64,000 nt of DNA from Torpedo marmorata (taxonomy: Eukaryota), in the NCBI GenBank assembly GCA_977017645.1, contig OZ360253.1, positions 34,534,001 through 34,598,000 of the forward strand, given 5' to 3'. The translations under genes and the position numbers were made by a program. The notes beneath the pieces were generated by a model that saw only the letters and a program-made list of their open reading frames with translations, was not told where the DNA came from and did not search any database. Shown here piece by piece: positions 48,101-60,100 of the stretch (within the stretch, counting starts at the first letter, position 1; every line of letters starts with the position of its first letter).

Positions 48101-51100
48101 CTTACAGACAGCACGGGATTCAAACCCTGGACCTGATCGCTGGTGCTGTAAAGGTGTTGCGCTAACCGCTACGCCAACCGTGCTGCCCCTTTTCTCCCTG
48201 AAGCCGAGTATATTCTTACAGAAGGTACACAAAATCATGAGGGGCACAGAAAAGGCAAATGGACACAGTGTAGCAGAGTCTAAAACGTGAGCAAATAGAC
48301 TTAAAGTGAAAGCAGATAGACTTTAAAGTGATCTGAGGGGCAATGTTTCCCACAGAGGGTGGTGTGTATACGGACAAGATCCCAGGGACAATTACAACAT
48401 TTAACAGACATTTAGACAGGGTCATGGATAGGAAAGGTTCAGAAGGATATAGGCCAAAAACAGGTAAATGAGTCTAGCTTAGGTAGACAGATTGGTCAGT
48501 GTCGATAAATTGGGCCGATGGTCCTATGATGTGCAACTCTATGATTGACTTTCCTTTAGCTATGTTTACACCTTAAACTGTCCTCGTTTCAGAATCAGGT
48601 TTATTGTCATGAACATGTGTCATGCAATTTGTTGTTTGGCGGCAGCGGTATTGTGCAGAACAAGGTGCAAAATTACAATAAATTACAATTCCGTGAATAC
48701 AAGATTTAAAGAAATAAATAACTAGTGCAAAAAAGAGAAAACGTAAGGTAGCGTCTGCAGGTTCATTGTCCGTTCTGAAATCTGATGGCAGCAGGGAAGA
48801 AGCTGTCCTTGTGCCGCTGAGTTCTCGTCTTCAGGCTCCTGTACCTCTTTCCTGATGGTAGCAGTGAGAAGAGGGTATGGCCTGGGTGGTGGGGGTCCTT
48901 GAGGATAGAGGCTGCTTTTTGAGGTACTGCCTCACCGCCAGGATGAACAGAACCACATTCTCTCTCCCGAACAGCCCCACGGTAGTAGAGGCCACTCAGC
49001 TCCTCTATTCAATACAATCATGGCTGATCTATCCCAAGCCTCAAATCCTCTCTCATGCCCGTCCCAATTGCCCTCAATCCACGACCTTTCAACATTTCCC
49101 TGTTTTCTCCCCCTTTAAAAACTCGCAACTAATCTGACCTCCATAACCCTTTAGGGGAGAGAACTCCCCAAGGAAACACCCTCAAACTGTCAGGGGTATT
49201 CCCTTCAATCTACCCGTCCCTCGTTCTCCCTCCTTCCCAGTTCTGATGAAGGGGTTTTGACCACCCCTACAGATGGAAACGCCCCCATCAAAACCCGCTC
49301 TGATCCCAGGTCTCCAATCTCTGACAACAGTTCCACTGATAGTGAGGAGACCCTCTCTCACCCTGACTCCTGCTTAACTCGCCTCACTCCCTGCCTCACC
49401 CTCACACCCCTTTTCCTCCACTCTATAACCTCCTGACTCACCATACACCCCCTCCACACCCGACCTCGCTCCCACAACCCAAACTCACCCTGGCTCTTGC
49501 TTATCCCAACTCACACCCCTGACCCACCACCACGACAGCCCACTCTCTCCCCGTCCCCCCCGCCCCATTCACCCCACCCCAGCACCCTGACCGCCACTGG
49601 GAAGAAGATTGCCCTTGGACCTCTGGCCACGTGGGCACCACCCCACTGCCGTGCCGCTGAGACTCACGTGCTTGGCCTTGGTCACCAGGACTTTCCGCTG
49701 CTCGACGGACAGGTCCGGGTCGCCGGTGAGAACCTCCAGACAGGCGGCAAATTCCATGTCTTCCATGCTGCCAAGCTGGCTGCTACTCCAGGCAGCAGGG
49801 AAGGTGGCCTTGATGTCAATGCAGCGCGGGCTGCCGCCTGGAAGGAAGCAGAGGACACGTCGGGCGCACGTGCGGATTCCCACGGCACAGGTCAAGGGCG
49901 GCAAATTCAGGGAACAACAGCCCCCTCACCCACCCTCCACCCCGAGCTGGGAACACGTCACCAGTCTCTCATCATCACTGACTCTGAGCCTAGAAGCTCC
50001 CTCCCCAACTCCACTGGACAGAGGGAATCTCGAGCAAAGGTCCTGACCCGAACTTTTGACTGTCCATCGTTTTCCAGAGATGCCGCCCTGTGCGAGGGTA
50101 CAGGCGCCCGTTCCCCGTGTGGGGGTACAGGCTCTCCCCCACCCTGTTCCCCGTGTGGGGGTACAGGCTCCCGTTCCCTGTGTGGGGGTACAGGCTCTCC
50201 CCCACCCTGTTCCCCGTGTGGGGGTACAGACGCTCTCCCCCACCCCGTTCCCCATGTGAGGGTACAGACGCTCTCCCCCACCCCGTTCCCCATGTGGGGG
50301 TACAGACGCTCTCCCCCACCCCGTTCCCCATGTGGGGGTACAGACGCTCTCCCCCACCCCGTTCCCCATGTGAGGGTACAGACGCTCTCCCCCACCCCGT
50401 TCCCCATGTGGGGGTACAGACGCTCTCCCCACCCCGTTCCCCATGTGGGGGTACAGGCTCTCCCCCACCCCGTTGCCCACGTGGGGGTACAGACGCTCTC
50501 CCCACCCCGTTCCCCGTATGGGGGTACAGACGCTCTCCCCCACCCCGTTCCCCATGTGAGGGTACAGACGCTCTCCCCCACCCCGTTCCCCATGTGGGGG
50601 TACAGACGCTCTCCCCACCCCGTTCCCCATGTGGGGGTACAGGCTCTCCCCCACCCCATTGCCCACGTGGGGGTACAGACGCTCTCCCCACCCCGTTCCC
50701 CATGTGGGGGTACAGACGCTCTCCCCCACCCCGTTCCCTATGTGAGGGTACAGACGCTCTCCCCCACCCCGTTCCCCATGTGGGGGTACAGACGCTCTCC
50801 CCACCCCGTTCCCCATGTGGGGGTACAGGCTCTCCCCCACCCCGTTGCCCACGTGGGGGTACAGACGCTCTCCCCACCCCGTTCCCCGTGTGGGGGTACA
50901 GACGCTCTCCCCCACCCCGTTGCCCACGTGGGGGTACAGACGCTCCCCCCCACCCCGTTGCCCACGTGGGGGTACAGACGCTCTCGCCCACCCCGTTCCC
51001 CATGTGGGGGTACAGACGCTCTCCCCACCCCGTTCCCCGTGTGGGGGTACAGGCTCTCCCCACCCCGTTGCCCACGTGGGGGTACAGACGCTCTCCCCAC

Positions 51101-54100
51101 CCCGTTCCCCATGTGGGGGTACAGGCTCTCCCCCACCCCGTTGCCCACGTGGGGGTACAGACGCTCTCCCCACCCCGTTCCCTGTGTGGGGGTACAGACG
51201 CTCTCCCCCACCCCGTTCCCCATGTGGGGGTACAGACGCTCTCCCCACCCCGTTCCCCATGTGGGGGTACAGACGCTCTCCCCACCCCGTTCCCTGTGTG
51301 GGGGTACAGACGCTCTCCCCCACCCCGTTCCCCATGTGGGGGTACAGACGCTCTCCCCACCCCGTTCCCCATGTGGGGGTACAGGCTCTCCCCCACCCCA
51401 TTGCCCACGTGGGGGTACAGACGCTCTCCCCACCCCGTTCCCCATGTGGGGGTACAGACGCTCTCCCCCACCCCGTTCCCTATGTGAGGGTACAGACGCT
51501 CTCCCCCACCCCGTTCCCCATGTGGGGGTACAGACGCTCTCCCCACCCCGTTCCCCATGTGGGGGTACAGGCTCTCCCCCACCCCGTTGCCCACGTGGGG
51601 GTACAGACGCTCTCCCCACCCCGTTCCCCGTGTGGGGGTACAGACGCTCTCCCCCACCCCGTTGCCCACGTGGGGGTACAGATGCTCCCCCCCACCCCGT
51701 TGCCCACGTGGGGGTACAGACGCTCTCGCCCACCCCGTTCCCCATGTGGGGGTACAGACGCTCTCCCCACCCCGTTCCCCGTGTGGGGGTACAGGCTCTC
51801 CCCCACCCCGTTCCCCGTGTGGGGGTACAGGCTCTCCCCCACCCCGTTCCCCGTGTGGGGGTACAGGCTCTCCCCCACCCCGTTCCCCGTGTGGGGGTAC
51901 AGGCTCTCCCCCACCCCGTTGCCCACGTGGGGTACAGGATCTCACTGACCTCTCCGCCTCGCCACGATGCTCTTGATGGCGCGGCCCGCCAGGATCTGCT
52001 TCTTGCTGAGGAGGGTGGTGGGTGCCCTGCGACTCTGCTGCCTCCGACAGAGCCTGCCCACCTCGCTCAGCCCCCACCTCTCCTCGCTGTGCAACACCAG
52101 CTCCACCGTCTCAGGAGTCAGCACTTCCTGCCAGGAAGGAAATCGTCAGAGGCAAGATTCCAAACATGCTCTCGCATTACTATAGCGCCCAGCATCACCT
52201 CAGGAAGACAATGGTGCAGTACTGCAGGAAATGCATCGAGCCTAGGGCATCTGACACTTTCCAATCAGCTGTCTCTGTCTCCCAACTCCACCCCTCACCG
52301 TCCCCATCTGCCCATCATCCTTCACCCCTCCCTGGTTCACTCATCCCCTCATGGCCCATCTAACCCCTGCCATCCTGTCCTCATTCCACTGGTTATCTCT
52401 CCTCTGCACTCAGTCTTGATGAAGGGTTCCAATCCAATACGATGCTGCTCGACCTGCTGACTTCCTTCAGCAGATTGTCTTTTGCTCCGGATTCCAGCGT
52501 CTGAAGTCTCTCGTGCTCTCTCACAGCCCAGAAACAGGTCCATCGAGTCCAACCCATCCATCAATACCCATTTACACAAATCCCATTTAATTCTCCCGAC
52601 ATTCCCCATCAACTCCCCCCAGCCCCCAGCTGTGTGCGAGGGGCAACTTTAACAGCTGCCTGTTAGTTACCTGCATGTCTTTGGGATGTGGGAGAAACTA
52701 GAGCACCCGAGCGAAACTCACACAGTCACAGGGAGAACATGCAAACTCCACGCTGACAGCAGCGGAGGCCGGGATCAAACCCAGATCTCAGGAGCAGTGA
52801 AGCAGTGGCTCCACCTACTTCACCTCCTTAATAACACTGGACAACGAAGATTTTGCTTCCTGAACACTTTTGGATGTATTTTATGGATTTTGGGCTGCTG
52901 ATCACAAAAATCACCTTAAAATGTACCTAACATGTACCGTTTTTTAGATATAACCTATTTTTGTGATTTCCTGTCATATTTTAAGTCTACTTCAAGCATA
53001 CAAAACCATGAAGTGCAACATGTCATTGAAAATACATTTTCTGCATTCGCACTTGGACTTCTTCCCTGCTGATCTTGGTGCAGTCAGTGACGAACATGGT
53101 GAAAGGTTTCACCAGGACATTGCGACCACGGAAAAGCGGTATCAGGGCAACTGGAATCCATCAATGCTGGCCAACTATTGTTGGACACTGACACGAGAGG
53201 CATCAGATGCTGAGTACAAACGAAAATCAGCAGCAAAACATTTTTAGGTCAGTTGAACTAACGCAATGTGTCAGCATCATGATGCGATTAAACATGCGAA
53301 ATTCAATAAAAGTTAATTTAATGTTTCTCCATCTTCCTACGTGATACAGTAAATCTGAAATTATCTTTGTGTTCAGCTTGAGGTTGTCTATCATAATCCC
53401 CAATTTTTTAAATCAGGAAGCAAACCTTTTGAAAAATTTGTTGTCCAGTGATATCAGAGCCTTCTCCCAACCCCAGGCACCTCACTCTCCACCTGACCCA
53501 CAGGTCTGGAATGTGTTGTTGAAGGTGCCTTGGGAATCTCCTTCTTGTAGCTATGGTGTGGCATTAGAGGAAGGAATGATCAAAGATTTCCGGATGTTTA
53601 CTGTACATCCAAGGGTTCAAACCAGAGGCACCAGAGGTTTCCCAATTGCCCAGTCTCCCGGATCTCTACCTTTGACAGTTGGTGGATGTCCTCAGGTGCA
53701 AGGGTGAGGACGAGTCTGTCCACATATTCTACCTGTGATAGATTCCAGCCTGAAGCAGCCCTGTTGATCAAACAAAATCAAACTCGTGTTTCATTATTCA
53801 AATCCCTGTTCCGGCCCGAAACCCCGAGGTAGATGTAGAAAGGTTGTTTCCCATGGTGGGAGAGTCTAGGACAAGAGGGCACAACTTCAGGATTGAAGGG
53901 CATCCGCTTAGATCAGAGATGTGGAGGAATTTCTTCAGCCGGAGGGTGGTAAATCTGTGGAGTTGTTGCCACAGGCAGTTGTGGAGGCCGGGTCATTGGG
54001 TGTATTTAAGGCAGAGATTGATCGGTTCTAGATTAGCCAGGGCATCAAAGGTTATGGGGAGAAGGCCGGGCAGTGGGGCTGAGTGGGGAAATGGATCAGC

Positions 54101-57100
54101 TCATGATTAAACAGTGGGGTAGACTTGATGGGCTGAATATCCTATTTCTGCTCCTATGGCTTATGGTCTCCTCCCATTATGGCCTCCCTCCCATCCCCAA
54201 ATTTAATCACATTACTGCTGACAATCGTGTCTTCAGCTACCAAGGGCTGAGCCTCAAGAATCTCCTCCCTAACCCAGATGTCTCCATGTCTCTCTCCTCA
54301 GAGCTCTTTGACTGAAATTCCAGTCACCTGCCCCAAAATTACCATGCCTGGTGTAACATTTTGTGAGGTAACCCATATGAAACACCATGGAATGTTCTGC
54401 CGTGCTAAAGTGGCTATAGAAATGCAGGTTGTTGTTGCTGGTGTCGCATCTACCTTTTGTATGCATCGCAAGGATGAGGTGAATCGTCCAAGGGACCGAC
54501 TCAGGAGGAAGTCATTCTTTAAACTTAAGACTGGGAGATTGTTTCACTAAGCAGCTTCGCTCTGTCCGCATCAGTAACAGGGATCTCACTAGTGGCCAAC
54601 CATTTCAATTCCGCGCCCCACTCCCGCACTGACAAGTCTGTCCATGGCCTAGTGCACTGCCAAACCAAGGCCATGCGTAAATTGGAGGAGCAACACCTAA
54701 TTTTCTGTCTGGGCACTCTCCAACCGGATGGCATTAACATCGACTTCTCCGGTTTCTGCTAGCCTACTCCCTGTTCTCTCTCTCTTCCTCATCCCTCTGT
54801 CTCCTTTCCTCCAGCTCTCCACCCCCTTCCCTCTCCACTCACAGAGCCACCCGCCCTCCCCCTGTTTGCCCTCCCTGCCTTGTCCATCTATTACCTCCTA
54901 CCTGTGGGCCTGTGCTCCTCCCCCTACCCCTCCCCCCCACCATTTTGTTCGGGCGCCTGCCGACATTTTGTCCGTACCTTGACGAAAGACTCAAGCCCGA
55001 AACGTTGGTTATATATCTTTATCTTTGCTATATAAAGTACAATGCTGAGTTTCTCCAGCATTGTGTTTTTACTTCAATCATGGTGTCTGCAGACTTTCGT
55101 GTTTTACTCTCTTTCAACTTTCTGTGGTTCTACTTTTCTTTTCTCGCCCTTCCCTGTCGCCTGTGAAGACCGTAACTTGCGCTGGTGTACAACTCTGCAG
55201 AGATTAGCTACTGCTGCTGTGAGAGGGTTGGAGCTGAACGCTAACTGGCATTAGGAGCGGGGGCTGGGGGGAGTTGAGGGGTTGGAGCTGTGAGTTGAAC
55301 CCTACCCCAGCACATCCTCCTTTGTCAACATCCAACCAAACGACTTCTGATTTTGCTCGGGGATGCAGTAACCCTTGACCTCGTCAAGGTGAAGCAGCAG
55401 ATCAGCTTGATCGATTTGTTTGACCTTCGCTTCCTCGATGAAGGCGAGAAGAGGTCCCAGGCTGTCCATGACCTCGCCTGAAATTTCATCCTCTGTCCCA
55501 ACACCCTGTCAACAAAGACACAGCCATTTTCATCAGTTGTTCAAACATCCAGCTGCCGGAAATGAAGAACCCAGACCTTTCTGAGCCCATGGACACCATC
55601 TCCTACCAGAGACTGACTGAACTTCATCCAGTCGGTGGACACTCTCTATTGTCACAAGATACAGGAGCAGAAGAAGGCCCATTGGCCCATCGAGTCTGTC
55701 CCGCCATTCTAATCATGAGCTGATCCATCCTCCAACTCATCCCCACTCCCCAGCCTTCTCCCTATAACCCTTGATGCCCTGACTAATCAAATACCTGTCA
55801 ATCTCTGCCTTAAATACACCCAACAACCTCACTTCTACAGCCGCCTGTGGCAACAAGTTCCTCAGACTCACGACCCTCTGAATAAAGAAATTTTTCTGCA
55901 TCTGTTTTAAATTGACACCCTTTTTATTCTGAAGTTGTGCCCTTTTGTCCTAGTCTCCCCTACCATGGGAAACAACCTTGCCACATCTACTCTGTCCAGG
56001 CCTTTCAGCATTTGAAATGCCTCAATGAAGAACCCCCTCATACTTCTGTACTCCAACGAGTACAGTCCAAGATCCGACAATCATTCCTCTTTACCCTCTC
56101 AATAAATCTCCTCACAGCACAGAAAACCCCCAGAACAAGAACAATGGATTTGTGGGTACTGGTCCTTCACACCTGTTCCACTGTACCCCAAAATCATGAC
56201 TGCCCTCTCATCTCAGGGCCACTTTCTGGCACTCCGTACCCTCTCCACTGTTAGCATGGCCTGAATATACTCAGTGACCGAGCCCTTTTGGGGAGAGAAT
56301 TCGAAAGATTCTCAACCCTCCGGGTGAAACATTTCTCCTCATCTCTGTCCTTAACAGCCACCCCCTCACTTTCAGGCAGTGCTCATGTTCTCGACAGCCC
56401 AACCAGGGGAACTAGAATCCTCGCGTTCACCTTGGCCAGCCCCAGAAGTATTCTGTATGCTTCGATGAGATCACCTCTTTCTCAGGAGAGCATGACCCCT
56501 TGTCAGAACGCAAACCCCACTGTCCAAGAGTTAACCTGGTGAACCTTTGCGGCATTCCCTCTGTCACAGCGTCCTTCCTTGGGTAGGAGACCAGACCTGC
56601 GCACAATATTCCAGCTGTGGTCTCACCAGGATGCCATATAAATGGAGCAAGATATCTCTATCCAAGTCTTCTTGCAATAAATATATTCCTAGCTGCCAGC
56701 TGTACTGTAATTTAATTTTCAATGATTCGTGTACATCAGGTCTCTCTGACCATCAATATTTGTCAATCTTTCTCCATTTCTATTTTTACAATAAAGTGCA
56801 TAAATTCACATTTTCCACATTATATTCATCTGCCATGTCCTCCCCCATCCATCCAGTCTTCTTGCTGTATCTACATCTTCTTCACAACCCACCCAGGCTC
56901 CCAGCTTTGTATCATCAGCAACCAGGAAATATTACCTCTGGTTAACACAGATTTCACCAATCCGTGCCGATCCTCCCTCCAAAGAACCCCGTTACCAACT
57001 TCCTTCATGATATATATATGGCCTTTTCCCTTCTGCTGTTGTCAGTGCTACCCGTACCTCTGTTATGATGATCTCTGTCCACCCAAAGGATTGGTCCTCA

Positions 57101-60100
57101 CAGCGCCCGACGCCCTCCCCGTCGCGGCGCCCGACGGTCTCCCCGCCGCAGCGCCCAACGGCCTCCCCGTCGCAGCACCCAACGGCCTCCCCGTCACTGA
57201 CACCTCAGCAGATTTCGTTCTGTGAAATACTCATACTTACCCCATAGCTAGTGCCCCGATCACATCCACAACCAAACCATTTTCCAATGTTTTTCCTCAG
57301 AGCCAAGATTAAATATCATTCTTTTCTCTCTTGCAATGTCTCAAATATTATGTAAATTTATATAAATGTGATGCTGTCAAGTCAAGTTTATTATCATCTA
57401 ATTGCACAAGTACAACCCGACGAGACAGCGTTCTCCGGTTCTCGGTGCAAAACACGCAGACACACAACCAGACATAACACACATACAGACAAACAATACA
57501 TATGCAGGACAAGTATTCATCTATACAAATAAATAAATAAATATTGTTTCATGAATATGAGAGTCTCGGGTGGTTAGTGTGAGCAGTTCCTTTGGTCGTT
57601 CAGCATTCTCACTGCCTGTGGGAAGTGAGAATGCTGAACGAGAATGCTGCCGCAATACAACAAATTTTGTGACATGTTCGTGACAATAAATTCTGATTCT
57701 GAAAAATATTTCCTCAAAATTCCTCATTTTGACGCAGCTCGTGAAACCCGAAACCTCGGCCCTCAGGCTCAACAACCACCAAACAGCGACGGTGCACGAA
57801 CCACGAGCCAAGCCCTCCAATCTAAATGGTCAGACACAGACTGACATCGACTGGGATCGCCAGTTTGGTGCAGGTGAAACAACGGAATCTTACAATGCAG
57901 CGGGAAGCCACTTGACCCTTTGTGCTGACGTCAGATGTCCGCAATCCAAAGGTCTCCAGTAAGTGTGGTTCCCTTCAGGAAAGGAGAGGGCAGAGAGGGG
58001 TCTACAAGAGCGAACCGGATTAGGATGGGGAGCAATGGAAGTGGGAAACACGCTTCCACGAAAGGAAATGATGAGGGAAGCCTACCAGGAGCTGGAGGGC
58101 TCTCTCTGCCAGGTAGCTGCGCTTATGGGGCAAGAGTGTTAGCAGGTGCAAGGTGTGTCTTGTCAAGTGATTCAAGGTGGTCCTCACTGAGTCATTGGGA
58201 AGACGGTTCAAGATCTTCAAACTGAAAGCATAAAAAAAGAGAGAATTACGCTGCTGTGGGATGAGAGTGCAGTTGGATCCATGGCAAACTCTCAACAACA
58301 CTGGACAATGAAGATTTTGCTTCCTGAACACTTTTGGGTGTATTTTATGGATTTTGGGGCTGCTGATCATAAAAATCACCTTAAAATTTTCCTATCTCAT
58401 ACTGTTTTTTTAGATATAACCTATTTTTGTGATTTCCTGTCATATTTTAAGTCTACTTCAAGCATACAAAACCATGAAGTGCAACATGTCATTGAAAATT
58501 CATTTTCTGCATTCGCACTTGGACTCCTTCCCTGCTGATCTTGGTGCAGTCAGTGACGAACACGGTGAAAGGTTTCACCAGGACATTGCGACCATGGAAA
58601 AGCGGTATCAGGGCAACTGGAATCCATCAATGCTGGCCGACTATTGTTGGACACTGACACAAGAGGCATCAGATGCTGAGTACAAACGAAAATCAGCAGC
58701 AAAACATTTTTAGGTCAGTTGAACTAACACAATGTGTCAGCATCATTATGTGATTAAACATGCTAAATTCAATAAAAGTTAATTTAATGTTTCTCGAACT
58801 TCCTACGTGATACAGCAAATCTGAAATTATCTGTGTTCAGCTTGAAGTAGTCTATCATAATCCCCAAATTTTTTTCAGGAAGCAAAGCTTTTGAAAATAT
58901 TTGTTGTCCAGTGCAACCTGAGGGAAGGTCAGGGCTGAGATTAAAGCCACCACTTTGAGCATTTTCTAATCTCTGACACAGTCGGTTACACCCTGACCCG
59001 AGTCAGCAGCTTGAGGTCTAAGAATTAGCGCAGAGGCTGCAACAAACCTAGAGTGAGCAGTGCCGAGGTATGTGGTACTGTTGGAGGAGCCATCCTTCAC
59101 TGATGTCTGACGTACACAAAGGTGCAGCAGGTCTGACTTTCTCCAGCACTTTTGTTTATTGCACTGGACCCTCGTTGGAGTTGGACCTGAAAGGTCCTCT
59201 GGATGTTTTTAGAGGAAAGCAGGGCAGTTGCCCCACCAGAATCCTGGTCGGCATCACTAGTTACCCAATCATTATCTCACTGCTGTTCAAGGGAGCGTCA
59301 GGTTGCCGGCCAAGTTTCCGACATGGCACAGGTGACCACACTGTGGCAGCAAAGCACTCCAAGGTTGAGAAAATGCCAGAGAAATGCATATTGGTGACTC
59401 TGTTCTCACCCCCACGTAGAGACCAAAGTGTGCACCGTCTTACATCAGTTCTGACGGAGGGTCTCCAACCCGAAACACACGCCGTGCATGAATTTACAAT
59501 AGAATAACGGACTGCTCTGAAATAGACATTGAGGGAAGGAAGTCCTTTCCGGAAGAGGCCAGTCACAGAGGGACGCAAATGCTACAGATCCAAGGAGCAA
59601 AGAGGGAGGGAAACAATGTGCAGACACTCACGGTAAATCAGCCACGACCTCTGAGCCCATCAGCAGGATGTTATCCTGGAATTTTTCAGGCCAGCGGCTG
59701 AGCTCCTTGATAAGGCACTTACGCTGCAAGAGATATAGGTGAAGTTGAATTACAAGGGCTAACGGAGAAGGTCGACACAAAATGCAGGCACGAGGGCTGA
59801 GAGCTGGAGAGAGGAGTGAGGAAATCGGGGAGTGGGGAGAGGGGGAGCTAGAGAGGAGCGTGGGGAGCCGGCAAGGGGAGGGGGGAAGCCGGAGAGGGGA
59901 ACGGGGAGAGTGAGGAGCTGAAGCGGCGAGTGGGGAGAGGGGGGGGAAGCCGGAGAGGGGAACGGGGAGAATGAGGTGCTGGAGCGGCGAGTGGGGGGGA
60001 AGCCGAAGAGGGGAGTGGAGGGGGGGGGGAGGTGGGGAGGGGGTGGGGAGAGGGGGGGGAGCAGGGGAAGGGAGTGGGGAGAGGGATGAGCCGGGGAGGG

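Noticed and set aside
49497-52460. 987-aa ORF and overlapping 300-700-aa ORFs
   Set aside because: Translations of a stop-poor 38-bp minisatellite; the + strand ORFs are antisense to real STRC exons.
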